In this document: positions 1 through 9,388 of the stretch, one piece after another
Position numbering within the stretch: the stretch's first letter is position 1
How the letters are laid out: each line of letters opens with the position of its first letter
Source: an uncultured Planctomycetaceae bacterium
GTDB lineage: Bacteria; Planctomycetota; Planctomycetia; Pirellulales; Thermoguttaceae
Assembly: GCA_964632505.1 (NCBI GenBank)
Contig: CAZWCE010000027.1
Span: 1-40,560 of the forward strand
Direction: 5' to 3'
DNA length: 40,560 nt
Program-made: the position numbers and the translations under genes
Notes under the pieces: generated by a model
The model's database searches: none
What the model was told of the DNA's origin: nothing
What the model saw: the letters and a program-made list of their open reading frames with translations, nothing else

Positions 1-1
1 T

Positions 2-583
2 TTATACGGTGGAGGTTTGCGTTTGGGTGAACTCATCCGACTACGGGTCAAGGATCTGGACTTCGACGCTGGGCTTGTCATCGTACGCAGCGGCAAAGGG
101 GATAAAGATCGAACGACGCTTATGCCTCAGACTATTAAACAGGATATTCAGAAACACCTTGATGCGGTTCGAAAGCTGCACAAAGCCGATTTAGCGAAAG
201 GATATGGCGAGGCACTGTTACCGAACGCCTTGGTGAGGAAATATCCAAACGCCGGTCGTGAATGGGGTTGGCAATACGTTTTTCCAGCAAATAAAATCGC
301 TTACGATCCGTCAGACGGCAAGACGAGGCGTTATCATCTGCATGAAAAAGCCCTACAATCAGCTATTCGCCGAGCCGTTTTAAAGGCAGGTATTCCAAAG
401 CATGCGACGGCCCACACTTTACGCCACAGCTTCGCGACTCATTTACTGCTCAAAGGGACGGACATCCGTGAGATTCAGGAGCTGCTTGGGCATAAAAGCC
501 TTGAAACAACGATGATTTATACACATGTGGTTAAGGATTTGAAAACACAAGCATTGAGCCCCTTAGACGACATCGAAATGTAA
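2..583 (+). CDS. intI: Integron integrase IntI (tyrosine recombinase), 5'-truncated by the window edge
   Basis: Frame-2 translation from nt 2 reads [37 protein letters not shown], matching IntI1 [38 protein letters not shown]. The IntI-specific extra segment is present ([26 protein letters not shown]...[14 protein letters not shown]). It is followed by [12 protein letters not shown] and [16 protein letters not shown] (catalytic Tyr box). GC of this stretch is about 50% versus about 60% elsewhere. Confidence 0.85.
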   Translation, partial: LYGGGLRLGELIRLRVKDLDFDAGLVIVRSGKGDKDRTTLMPQTIKQDIQKHLDAVRKLHKADLAKGYGEALLPNALVRKYPNAGREWGWQYVFPANKIAYDPSDGKTRRYHLHEKALQSAIRRAVLKAGIPKHATAHTLRHSFATHLLLKGTDIREIQELLGHKSLETTMIYTHVVKDLKTQALSPLDDIEM

Positions 584-752
584 GTCATACTGCAAGATTT
601 CAAGTGTAATTGAAGTCACCCGAAAGATGTCGCCTCTCCAGAACCGGCGAAGGGCTGCCCAAAAGCATCAAATATTCATGGTTTCTTGGCATTGATTCCG
701 GCACTATTTTGATGCTCGCATCACCCGCTCGGGAGAGGGAGGTCAAGAAACG

Positions 753-808
753 AAAAACGCCGCAGCGCTAAGTCTTTATCTGACAAAGCGTTACGGCGTT
801 TCTATTTT
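753..808. terminator. Imperfect extended hairpin with T-runs on both strands; a likely bidirectional intrinsic terminator between intI and tRNA-Arg
   Basis: AAACGCCG at 755-762 pairs with CGGCGTTT at 794-801. The stem extends as CGCTAAGTC / GACAAAGCG. The plus strand continues TCTATTTT and the minus strand continues TTTTTCGTTTCTT. Confidence 0.4.
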
Positions 809-818
809 CCGGAAAGAG

Positions 819-892
<74 letters not shown>

Positions 893-1110
893 CTGTCGAA
901 CTACATGAATCTACTCATGTATCGGGTTTGCGTTCATCTACGAACACTCCCAACGAACACTCCCATTCGACATGAAACCGATATTTTAAGATATTGCCTT
1001 CGTATGACAAGGGGGCAAATCGATTTTTCTTCCATCGACGGCGAGAATCCCCTCTGAGAAGTGGTCGGTTCTCCGATCCCCACGTCGGCACATCTGGAAA
1101 TGAAGACGCT

Positions 1111-2040
1111 TCAGAGAGACTTTTCCCCCTTCAGCCAATGCTTGAGGAAGAGGAGGACGCGCCTTCTCATCTCAGCGGTTTCTTGGTGACCCACCTCATA
1201 ACGATGTAACTGCCACGCTTCCGGAGCCTCTTGGTAGGAATAGATCTTTTTCAGCTCTTGATCGATTCGGTCCAGTCCGGCGGGGGGAGTGAGTGGGTCG
1301 TGATTGCCGGCCAATGAAAGATGCGGGCGTGGAGCGATCAAAGCGTTGATTTGTGCGGTGGAGAAATGCTTGAGCAGCCTGGGGATGTAGTAGTAGATCC
1401 CGTGTTCGCCGAGGCCCCGGTTTTCGAGAAGGGCCTGGAAGTCGGTCAGACAGCAAATGTCGACGCATGCGGCGATTCGGGTGTCCAAAGCCGCGAGCCA
1501 CCAGCTCAACGTGCTGCCCATCGACATGCCGACCGCCGCAATGCGTTCGGGATCGACGTCCGGGCGTGTTACGAGATAATCGACCGAGCGGAGAGCATCG
1601 AAGACCATCATCCCCCAGAGTACTTGCCCTTTCCAGAGCATCTCCTTGAAGAGTTCCGATTCGGTTTTGCCCCGACGTTCTCCAAAGCCCCACATATCCA
1701 GACAGAGCACGGCATAGCCTTTGGGGACAAGTTCAGGCCCATAAGGCGGATCGGTCAGAAATTCGCGTCCGAGGTGTACCTCTTCTTTGCCGATGGTGTA
1801 ATCGCCGCCATGAGCATGGTGATAGAGCACGCAGGGAAATGGAGGTCGTCCGGATCGGGGCTTGAGGAAATAAGCCGGCACCGGCTCTATGCCGTTGAGG
1901 TCCAATAGGAGCGTTTCCGATAAATAGGATTCATGCTCGGTTTGGGAGACGATCTCCGCATGGAGCGGCCGCTCGCGCGACGGAAGTTCACCAAGGAGCG
2001 AAAGGAGTTGGGTACGGCGATGGGAAGACGACATCGACAC
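1111..2040 (-). CDS. Alpha/beta-hydrolase-fold esterase (acetyl-xylan-esterase / dienelactone-hydrolase-like)
   Basis: 309-aa ORF. It has a nucleophile elbow GMSMGS (G-x-S-x-G) and an HHAHGGDY region, consistent with an alpha/beta hydrolase. Confidence 0.75.
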   Translation of the reverse strand: MSMSSSHRRTQLLSLLGELPSRERPLHAEIVSQTEHESYLSETLLLDLNGIEPVPAYFLKPRSGRPPFPCVLYHHAHGGDYTIGKEEVHLGREFLTDPPYGPELVPKGYAVLCLDMWGFGERRGKTESELFKEMLWKGQVLWGMMVFDALRSVDYLVTRPDVDPERIAAVGMSMGSTLSWWLAALDTRIAACVDICCLTDFQALLENRGLGEHGIYYYIPRLLKHFSTAQINALIAPRPHLSLAGNHDPLTPPAGLDRIDQELKKIYSYQEAPEAWQLHRYEVGHQETAEMRRRVLLFLKHWLKGEKSL

Positions 2041-2184
2041 CCTTTCTTTGAAGGCATGGCCTGAAGGGAACGAAAGGCTTGATCAGACAGAAAATCCCTG
2101 TATGCTTAGCTTACGCAGTTCTTCAGCGAAACGCAAGACAGATCGATGAAATGCAGGATCAGGCGATCGGGAAGGGGCCTATAA

Positions 2185-3363
2185 ATGAACATTTTTGCAC
2201 TAGAGCCCTATTATGGAGGAAGCCACCGATCCTGTCTCGATCGGTGGTGCCGCACGAGTCGGCATCGCTGGGTTCTTCGGACACTGCCCCCTTATCATTG
2301 GAAATGGCGGATGCGGCATGCGGCGATCACCTTCGCGGCATCGCTTGGGCAAAGTCAAGGTGCCTCGGACGACTTCGATCTTATTTTCTGTAGTTCGATG
2401 CTGGATTTGGCGACGTTTCGAGGGCTGGCGTCCGCCGATATCGCGAGGCTTCCCGCGATCGTCTATTTCCACGAAAATCAACTCACCTATCCGGTGCGTC
2501 GCGAAGAGCCCCGCGATGTTCATTTCGGTCTGACTCAAATGAACGCTTGTCTGGCTGCGCAAGAGGTCTGGTTCAACTCGTCGTTTCACCTCGAGGCCTT
2601 CTTGTCGAGGTTGAGTGAGATTCTCAAGACGATGCCTCCCGCCGAACTCGGCGAGCCGGTGGAGGCGATTCACCGTAAGTCGCGGGTCGTTCCACCGCCG
2701 GTTTCGCTTCTGTCGCCGTTGGAAGAGAAGGATAAAAACAAGCCGCTTCATCTGCTGTGGTCCGCGCGCTGGGAACACGACAAAAATCCCGAAGCGTTTT
2801 TCGCCGCGTTGAAGCTGCTGGTGGACCGAGGATTGGACTTTCGGGTGAGTGTTCTCGGCGAGCGGTTTCGAGAAGTTCCCGAGGTTTTCTCCAATAGCCT
2901 CGAATGGCTCGGGGATCGGGTTCTTCACTGGGGATTTCAACAGTCTCGGAACGATTATACCGACGTGGTCCGCCGGGCCGATGTTTTCGTTTCGACCGCA
3001 CGGCACGAGTTTTTCGGCATCGCGACGGTCGAGGCGATGTCGGCGGGTGTGGTGCCCTTGCTTCCCGATCGACTTTCCTATCCGGAATTGTTGACGAGAA
3101 TGGAGTTGGAGGAAGATCTCCAGCGACGGCTTCTTTTCGACGGCTCCCCGGAAACGCTCGCCGAGAGGATCGCTGCGATGGCCAAAGCAAAACGGAACGA
3201 CACCATCGCCCTTGAGAAAGAAGAGGGAGTCGATCTCGGCAGGATTTCCAAAATCATTTCCACGTCAGCGCATCGTGCGTTTTCCCTGGAGAAGATGATC
3301 GCCCTATGCGATGATCGAATGGCCTCGCTCGAATCGGAGCATCCATTCGGCCACGGAAGATAG
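2185..3363 (+). CDS. DUF3524-domain GT4-type glycosyltransferase (GTDC1/QTMAN-like)
   Basis: N-terminus MNIFALEPYYGGSHRS is characteristic of DUF3524. The C-terminal half resembles GT-B family 1 (STARHEFFGIATVEAMSAGVVPL). Confidence 0.7.
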   Translation: MNIFALEPYYGGSHRSCLDRWCRTSRHRWVLRTLPPYHWKWRMRHAAITFAASLGQSQGASDDFDLIFCSSMLDLATFRGLASADIARLPAIVYFHENQLTYPVRREEPRDVHFGLTQMNACLAAQEVWFNSSFHLEAFLSRLSEILKTMPPAELGEPVEAIHRKSRVVPPPVSLLSPLEEKDKNKPLHLLWSARWEHDKNPEAFFAALKLLVDRGLDFRVSVLGERFREVPEVFSNSLEWLGDRVLHWGFQQSRNDYTDVVRRADVFVSTARHEFFGIATVEAMSAGVVPLLPDRLSYPELLTRMELEEDLQRRLLFDGSPETLAERIAAMAKAKRNDTIALEKEEGVDLGRISKIISTSAHRAFSLEKMIALCDDRMASLESEHPFGHGR

Positions 3364-3492
3364 TCATGCTTTGAGTGCGGCATCGATCAAGAACCGAACG
3401 AGCATCATGATAGACCACGAATCCAACGAATTGCACGAGAAAAAGGCGATCTGTGCTTGCGGGGAAGATTCTCCGCATGGAGGGACGCCGTA

Positions 3493-4278
3493 TCAGACGA
3501 CCGCCCGAGACACGAGAATGCGGTAAGGAAGATAGGCCGTTAGTCGGTGTTCGGGATCGAAATGGAGTACCCCGCGGATAGGACCGAATGTTTCTCGGAG
3601 CGACTCGACGACTTCTTCGGGATTGTCCAAGTGATAGCGCGTCGTGAGGTCCTCGAGGTAGAGTGGAAGCGGGATCGTCGGCATGATCGAACAGGTGACC
3701 ATCCTCGCCTGATTCAAACGATCGACCAACTTATCGGTACGGGGAAACCACTTCTTGATGCCCATCAGCTTGTAGAGCTCATTCACGCACTCGATCACCA
3801 GTTCGTCTTCATGACAAACGGTCTGGTGGATGAAGCACTCGCCGGGTTTCATCAATTCGCGAATGCGATCCAACAGCAGATCGAATTCGTACTCCGGAAA
3901 ATAATGAAACACCGAACGCATCAAGAGCATGAGCGTATCTTCTTCGTGGGCGACCAGATCCTCGCGTTCCAATTCGATGATCGTGCGGCAAAGGTTTTTC
4001 ACATGAGCGTCGGCATTTTCCGCCAATTGTGTTTTGGAAATGTCGACGTTCATCAGTCGCAACCGGGAGCAGTCGAGGCATTCTTTCAGTCGATGCAGCA
4101 AGAATCCCGTCCCCCCTCCGAGATCGGCAATGACATCGGGAGAACCGGTGTGCACCTTGGAAAGAATCCTCTCGAGAAATGGACGCACCGCTTCGGTCGA
4201 TCCGAAGAAACCACGATGAAACAGTTCCCATGTGGCTCCGTGAATCTCGGTTTCCAGTTGTAGACTTCGGGTATCCAT
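3493..4278 (-). CDS. Class I SAM-dependent methyltransferase
   Basis: Gly-rich SAM-binding motif DLGGGTGFLL. I place the start at the ATG at 4278 (MDTRSLQL...); the six-frame ORF extends to 4383 with an unconvincing N-terminal extension. Confidence 0.75.
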   Translation of the reverse strand: MDTRSLQLETEIHGATWELFHRGFFGSTEAVRPFLERILSKVHTGSPDVIADLGGGTGFLLHRLKECLDCSRLRLMNVDISKTQLAENADAHVKNLCRTIIELEREDLVAHEEDTLMLLMRSVFHYFPEYEFDLLLDRIRELMKPGECFIHQTVCHEDELVIECVNELYKLMGIKKWFPRTDKLVDRLNQARMVTCSIMPTIPLPLYLEDLTTRYHLDNPEEVVESLRETFGPIRGVLHFDPEHRLTAYLPYRILVSRAVV

Positions 4279-4403
4279 AAACTGCCTGGGAGGTACTGAG
4301 GCGCACCGCTTTCCAGTGAGACTCACCGATCGACGGTGGAAAGGATGCTGCGTGAGAGATTCCCTTTTTCGCAGCGGCCCCATGGGCGCGAACCAAGAAA
4401 GAG

Positions 4404-4416
4404 AGTCTCAGAGACT
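4404..4416. promoter_or_regulatory. Perfect 13-nt palindrome AGTCTCAGAGACT in the divergent methyltransferase/sulfatase intergenic region
   Basis: Seen directly at 4404-4416. This is a candidate operator site. Confidence 0.2.
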
Positions 4417-4496
4417 TGTGTTCCCTGTAACCGTAATATAGATTATTCAATCAGGCTCCCCCGCTTCGAAAGACCATATCAGAAAGGAATTCGCCA

Positions 4497-5957
4497 ATGC
4501 CTCTTCACAAGATACCGGCTGCACGACTTATTGCGCTGCTGATGATTTCGGCGTTTCTCGCGATTGCAACCCTGGTAGCTGTCCCCGACGTCTTGGCGGC
4601 CCGGCGACCGTCAAAACCGAACGTCGTCCTGATCTTCTGCGACGATCTCGGTTACGGCGACATCGGCCCCTTCGGTTGCCGACACCACCGGACTCCGAAT
4701 CTGGACCGCATGGCAAAGCAAGGACGCCGCTTCACCAGTTTCTACGTCACCAGCGGTGTCTGCACTCCCTCACGGAGTTCCTTGATGACCGGTTGTTATC
4801 CGAAACGGGTCGGACTCGATCAGAACGAAACCGGCGCCTGGGTTCTTTTTCCGGGCAACAAGGAAGGCCTGCATCCCTCGGAAATCACCATCGCGGAGAT
4901 TTTCAAATCCAAAGGTTACGCCACCGCCATGATCGGTAAGTGGCACTTGGGCGATCAGCCGGAGTTTCTCCCCACCCGGCAAGGCTTCGATCAGTATTTC
5001 GGCATCCCCTATTCCAACGACATGGGGCCTTTTCTTCCAGGCCGGGAACACTATCCCCCGATGCCGCTGTTGCGCGATGAAAAGGTCGTCGAGACCAACT
5101 GCGATCAATCGCAACTGACACCGCGCTACACCGCCGAAGCGCTCGAGTTCCTCGACGCCAACAAGGATCGGCCTTTCTTTCTCTACTTCGCCCATACCTT
5201 TCCCCATAACCCGGTGCATGCGTCGGAACGTTTCAAGGGCAAATCGGCCAACAATCTGTACGGCGACTGCGTGGAGGAGATCGATTGGTCGGTCGGGGAA
5301 CTGCTCGATCGGCTCGAGCGTCACTCACTGGCCGAAAAGACCCTCGTGATCTTCACCTCCGATAACGGCGCCGCTTCGCGATGGGGAGGCAACAACGGGC
5401 CGCTTCGCGGATTCAAAGGAAGCACCTGGGAGGGCGGCATGCGGGAGCCGTGCGTCATGTGGTGGCCGGGACAGATCCCCGCCGACACCTCTTGCGACCA
5501 GTTGATGTCGACGCTCGATCTCCTCCCGACCTTTGCCCATTTGATCGGGGCTCAAGTCCCGCAAGACCGCATCATCGACGGCGTCGACGCCACCGCGCTG
5601 CTTTTCGAACAACCATGTCCGCCTTCGCCGCGTGAATCGTTCTTCTATTACTTCCGCGACCGACTCCAAGCGGTCCGCAACGAGCGGTATAAGCTGATCC
5701 TGCCGAGAAAACAGGGCAAGAAGACCATGCCGATGCAGCTTTACGATCTGAGAGACGACCCCGGCGAAAGCAGGAACCTGCTGGAAACCTATCTTGCCGA
5801 AACCCCGGAAATCGTCGCGGCGCAGAAGTCACTGATGCGATTGGCCGAATCCTGTCGCAAGGATCTCGGCGACGGCAAGGAGATTCCCGGAGAGAACTGC
5901 CGCAAGCCCGGATTCATCGAAGATGCCAAACCCCTTGTGCCTCGGGAAAAGAAGTGA
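4497..5957 (+). CDS. Sulfatase (arylsulfatase family) with a signal peptide
   Basis: Sulfatase signature CTPSRSSLMTGCYP (C-x-P-S-R, the site of formylglycine). Also DDLGYGD, GKWHLGD and a hydrophobic N-terminal signal. AGGAA lies 7 nt upstream of the ATG. Confidence 0.9.
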   Translation: MPLHKIPAARLIALLMISAFLAIATLVAVPDVLAARRPSKPNVVLIFCDDLGYGDIGPFGCRHHRTPNLDRMAKQGRRFTSFYVTSGVCTPSRSSLMTGCYPKRVGLDQNETGAWVLFPGNKEGLHPSEITIAEIFKSKGYATAMIGKWHLGDQPEFLPTRQGFDQYFGIPYSNDMGPFLPGREHYPPMPLLRDEKVVETNCDQSQLTPRYTAEALEFLDANKDRPFFLYFAHTFPHNPVHASERFKGKSANNLYGDCVEEIDWSVGELLDRLERHSLAEKTLVIFTSDNGAASRWGGNNGPLRGFKGSTWEGGMREPCVMWWPGQIPADTSCDQLMSTLDLLPTFAHLIGAQVPQDRIIDGVDATALLFEQPCPPSPRESFFYYFRDRLQAVRNERYKLILPRKQGKKTMPMQLYDLRDDPGESRNLLETYLAETPEIVAAQKSLMRLAESCRKDLGDGKEIPGENCRKPGFIEDAKPLVPREKK

Positions 5958-5993
5958 CCGTGCACGCACAATCACGCCGAACAAGAAAAAGCC

Positions 5994-6716
5994 TCAACCG
6001 GCCTGATCGATCCGCTGGAGCGGGATGATCAGCTCGCGCCGGGTGATCGGTCGGGCGAATCGGTAAAGCCAAGCATTGCCGCGCTTGCCGACGATCTTGG
6101 TCGATTGCATATGCCGCAGGCAGTAGGCGATTTTTTGGGCTTCCCATCGTCGGATCGAGAGTTCCCGGGCCAAATCTCCGGTGTCGAACGGTTCCGGGAT
6201 GTGGGGACAGGAGAGGAGTTTCCGCAAATCGCCGGCGTGACGCAATCGGTAAACCGAACAGATTTCAGTCAGCGTCTGGCATTCCACCACGAAATCGCTC
6301 TCCCGGCGCCGACGACGGCGACCATGGCCGGGGTATCGGATTTCATCGATCTCGATCAGCGGGACGTCGAGCGTCAGACGCGGATGGGGAAACGTCCGGG
6401 TGAAGTAGACCAGCTCCTCGAAGATGTCGAGAATGGTGCGCCGCTTGGGACTCCACCGCGATTCCACGATCTTTCCGCCTTTTCGATTTCGCTTGAGCAG
6501 GCGTTTTTTCACCACCAAAGGCTTCACCACCAGCAGGCGGTGATCTTCGAGCAATCGCCGGACTTTGCGGGAGATGGCCGAGAGGGAGCCGTGCTGGATT
6601 TCGATCAAGCGTCCATCGCGGACGGCGTCGATCCGATAGCTCCCCATCCGCACTTCCGTGGCGCAATCCTTTCCGGCATACAGCTCCTTGAGTTGTCGGT
6701 GCAGTTCGCTTTCCAT
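5994..6716 (-). CDS. CoiA-like / PD-(D/E)xK-fold nuclease-domain protein with a C-terminal winged-helix-like region
   Basis: 240-aa ORF. YRIDAVRDGRLIEIQHGSLS resembles the D...E-x-Q core of CoiA-family nuclease domains. The C-terminal part (LARELSIRRWEAQKIAYCLRHM...) is HTH-like. No close named homolog was recognised. Confidence 0.45.
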   Translation of the reverse strand: MESELHRQLKELYAGKDCATEVRMGSYRIDAVRDGRLIEIQHGSLSAISRKVRRLLEDHRLLVVKPLVVKKRLLKRNRKGGKIVESRWSPKRRTILDIFEELVYFTRTFPHPRLTLDVPLIEIDEIRYPGHGRRRRRRESDFVVECQTLTEICSVYRLRHAGDLRKLLSCPHIPEPFDTGDLARELSIRRWEAQKIAYCLRHMQSTKIVGKRGNAWLYRFARPITRRELIIPLQRIDQAG

Positions 6717-6842
6717 TGTGTCTCCGGATACCTTACCGCCGACCGCTTCTTCTATTGGCTCTATTGGCCCGATCGCTCGTTTTCGGCCGAAGAATCCTAA
6801 TGAATTATTTCGACGAAAAGAACCTCAAAACCGGAAAAATCT

Positions 6843-6871
6843 TTGAAACCCCTTTCAGAATTCTTTATAAT
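6843..6871 (+). promoter_or_regulatory. Near-consensus sigma70-type promoter (TTGAAA-N17-TATAAT) inside an AT-rich island
   Basis: TTGAAA at 6843-6848, a 17-nt spacer and TATAAT at 6866-6871. The surrounding 6790-6925 is strongly AT-rich in a 60% GC genome. It is oriented toward the DUF1559 gene at 7057. Confidence 0.35.
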
Positions 6872-7056
6872 ATAAATAAAATGTTTCGTTGTAGCTTGTT
6901 GTACGGCCACAAGTTATGAAACGACATGATTTTAGTTTTGTTTGGTCGGCCTGCCCCTCTTCGGAGCTCAACGTCTCGGTCCTTGAGAGCTTTTTGAATT
7001 TCGATTCATTATTCTCATCTTTCCTATCGGTTCCCATCGAAAAACAGGAGAACGTC

Positions 7057-7950
7057 ATGCGAAATCAGAAGGAACACCGTGGTTTTACCCTGGTAGAATT
7101 GTTGGTGGTGATCGCCATCATTGGTATTTTGATCGCGCTTTTGCTTCCGGCGGTGCAGGCGGCCCGGGAGGCGGCTCGCCGGATGCAGTGCACCAACCAC
7201 CTGAAGCAGATCGGTTTGGCGCTGCACAATTATCATGACACACACAATCACTTTCCCCTGCCGGGCATGATCGCCAACAAGCTGGGCTGGACCGTTTCGA
7301 TTCTACCGCAGATCGAATACAGCACGATCGCCGACAAAATGGACTACAGCGCCGGCAGCCATATGGATCCCGGCAAGGCGGAGCCTGCTGCTACGCGGAT
7401 CGATACCTACCTCTGCCCCAGTGCGACCAGTGAAGACGAGAAGAGCAAATACTCCGGAGAGGAATGGGAAGGCGAACGTCTTTACACCTCCCATTATTAC
7501 GGCATTTTGGGTCCGATCGGCGTCAACCCGGTCGAAGGGGAACGTTACGAGGAAGGCGGTCGGAGCGAACCTTTCGGCGGCTATGCCGAACAAGGCATTT
7601 TTTGGCAGTTCGGCTGCAAGCTGCGCGATATCACCGATGGAACTTCCAATACGCTCATGATCGGCGAAATCTCTTGGAAGAAGATGTCGAAATATCGGGC
7701 CTGGCACCGCGCCAAGTTCGGCGACGACCGTGGTACGCTTTATATTCTTTCGAAGAGCCTGGAATACCCGATCAATTCGGAAAACGAATCGAAGTGGAAC
7801 AGCGTCGCCTTCGGCAGCAACCACCCTGCCGGGGCGAACTTCGTCAATGCCGACGGGTCGGTCCATTTCGTTTCGGACACGATCAATTTCGAGAACTATC
7901 TCGCCTTGGGAAGTCGCGACGGCGATGAAGTCGCCACGCTCGGCGAATAG
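7057..7950 (+). CDS. DUF1559 protein with a prepilin-type N-terminal cleavage/methylation domain
   Basis: GFTLVELLVVIAIIGILIALLLPAVQAAREAARRMQC N-terminal pilin-like helix. C-terminal H-x9-DG-like motif SNHPAGANFVNADGSVHFV. AGGAG lies 7 nt upstream of the ATG at 7057. The six-frame ORF start at 6916 runs through the AT-rich promoter region and is unlikely. Confidence 0.85.
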   Translation: MRNQKEHRGFTLVELLVVIAIIGILIALLLPAVQAAREAARRMQCTNHLKQIGLALHNYHDTHNHFPLPGMIANKLGWTVSILPQIEYSTIADKMDYSAGSHMDPGKAEPAATRIDTYLCPSATSEDEKSKYSGEEWEGERLYTSHYYGILGPIGVNPVEGERYEEGGRSEPFGGYAEQGIFWQFGCKLRDITDGTSNTLMIGEISWKKMSKYRAWHRAKFGDDRGTLYILSKSLEYPINSENESKWNSVAFGSNHPAGANFVNADGSVHFVSDTINFENYLALGSRDGDEVATLGE

Positions 7951-7978
7951 TCAGACACCTTTTTGCGGTTTTTTGCTT

Positions 7979-8008
7979 CCCGATCCCTTTTTCCGAAGAG
8001 GGATCGGG
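7979..8008 (+). terminator. Perfect 10-bp GC-rich hairpin downstream of the DUF1559 gene (putative terminator)
   Basis: CCCGATCCCT (7979-7988), loop TTTTCCGAAG, AGGGATCGGG (7999-8008), followed by the moderately T-rich AGTTGTTTCC. Confidence 0.35.
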
Positions 8009-8087
8009 AGTTGTTTCCACTTCTTCCCCGGCGTTGCTTTTCCAATACGCTTCCCCGGGATCCCTCTATCCATGCAAGGTTCGATTC

Positions 8088-8543
8088 ATGAAACGACGGC
8101 TTTCTGACGGCATATTTCGGCTCGGTTCCGTTTCCCTTCTTCTTGCTCTTGGCCTGGTGTTGTTGGTCGGTTGTGGCGAAAAAGGACCGAAACGCTACGA
8201 CATTTCCGGCAAGGTGACGTACGGGGGACAGCCGATTCCCGCCGGTTCGATCACGTTCATTCCCAGTGGCGGCAACCAAGGACCCGCCGGTACCGCGATT
8301 ATCGAGGACGGGTCCTACGACACCGGATCCGACGGAACCGGACATGTCGGCGGGACGCATCGCGTGGTCATCACCGGTCTGAGCGGAGCCGGCGACGACG
8401 AGTTCTTCCCGGAAGGAAAGCCGCTGTTTTCCGACTATGAGATCGAAATCGATCTGCCGCAGGAAGAAACCACCGAGGACTTCGAAGTTCCCGGGGATCT
8501 GGAAGCTCCCGAACCTTCCGCCAATATGGATCATGGTCCGTGA
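8088..8543 (+). CDS. Lipoprotein with a carboxypeptidase-regulatory-like (transthyretin-like) domain
   Basis: Signal peptide plus lipobox LLVGC. GKVTYGGQPIPAGSITF resembles CarboxypepD_reg beta-sandwich proteins that commonly neighbour DUF1559 genes. It has an acidic C-terminus. Confidence 0.6.
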   Translation: MKRRLSDGIFRLGSVSLLLALGLVLLVGCGEKGPKRYDISGKVTYGGQPIPAGSITFIPSGGNQGPAGTAIIEDGSYDTGSDGTGHVGGTHRVVITGLSGAGDDEFFPEGKPLFSDYEIEIDLPQEETTEDFEVPGDLEAPEPSANMDHGP

Positions 8544-8618
8544 GAATCGCCGATGTCGCCGAACGGCGTTTTTCGCCTACGGCGGCATCTTTTTCCTTGG
8601 CAAGCCTAACGGGCTTCT

Positions 8619-9185
8619 TCAAGCGGCGGGAGGGTCGATTCCGAAATCACGAATCGTCAGTAGCGAGGCCAGGGAGTAGCCTTTTTTCTCGAACGCTTCC
8701 CGGCCTCCTTCCATACGATCGATGATGGCGATCACCTGCTCGACTTTCATGCCGGCCGCTTCCACCCGCTCGATCGCCTTCAGGGAAGATCCCCCCGTGG
8801 TGACCACGTCCTCGACGATCACCACCCGATCGCCTTCAGAGACCGGGCCCTCGATGTATTGATCGGTCCCGTGCCCCTTGCTCTCTTTGCGGACCATGAA
8901 TCCGCGAAGGGGACGCTTGCCCTCGACCGCCGACATGGTGATCACCGCGGCGGTGATGGGGTCCGCCCCGATCGACATCCCCCCGACCGCATCCGGCCAA
9001 GGCTCGCCCTCTTCCAGCAGCGCGAGGATCCCTTCCCCGATCAGTCGGGCTCCCTCGGCGTCGAGCGTCACCTGCTTCCCGTCGAGGTAATAGCTTGCTT
9101 TCTTCCCGGAAGCGAGCGTGAAGTCACCGAATTTGAGGGATTTTTCGCGGATCAAGGACACCAGTTTCTCTTTCTCGTACACCAT
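8619..9185 (-). CDS. pyrE: Orotate phosphoribosyltransferase
   Basis: The N-terminus KFGDFTLASGKKASYYLD and the PRPP-binding motif VVIVEDVVTTGGS match PyrE. I place the start at the ATG at 9185; the six-frame ORF extends upstream to 9269. Confidence 0.9.
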   Translation of the reverse strand: MVYEKEKLVSLIREKSLKFGDFTLASGKKASYYLDGKQVTLDAEGARLIGEGILALLEEGEPWPDAVGGMSIGADPITAAVITMSAVEGKRPLRGFMVRKESKGHGTDQYIEGPVSEGDRVVIVEDVVTTGGSSLKAIERVEAAGMKVEQVIAIIDRMEGGREAFEKKGYSLASLLTIRDFGIDPPAA

Positions 9186-9388
9186 TTCTCTCCCAGGGGG
9201 CAAGAGGCTGCTTCGGCAAGTAGTTTCCAGGCAGGGACCGGACCGGGTGCGAAGACACCCGCAGGCCACACGGCCAAGATTTTACGAGAGAAATCGCTTT
9301 CCGACAAGGAGCGGCGAGCGCAAAAACGCCGCGGAAAGCAGCTCGGTGGGGACTGGCCGCATCGCAAAGAAGAATTCACCGAAAAGAG

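Noticed and set aside
940-964. Tandem 12-mer ACGAACACTCCC x2 next to the tRNA
   Set aside because: Only two copies with no further periodicity. Probably a trivial duplication, though it lies in the region where an integrase att site could be expected.
3547-4263. Antisense ORFs opposite the methyltransferase (3547-4263), sulfatase (4770-5324), CoiA-like (6105-6800), DUF1559 (7303-7866), lipoprotein (7896-8534), pyrE (8859-9533), HtrA genes (17241-18521, 18989-19954, 20303-21325), peptidase (25641-26966), kinase (32353-33843), cstA (35335-36258, 36328-37137) and ceramidase (38569-39546) genes
   Set aside because: Each lies opposite a gene supported by family-specific motifs. None has recognisable domains, and they have Arg-rich compositions typical of high-GC antisense frames.
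8544-8618. Possible convergent terminator between the lipoprotein and pyrE genes (CGCCGAACGGCG, AAGCC-taacg-GGCTT)
   Set aside because: The stems are only 5 bp with a 2-5 nt loop and lack a clear U-tract. Not convincing.
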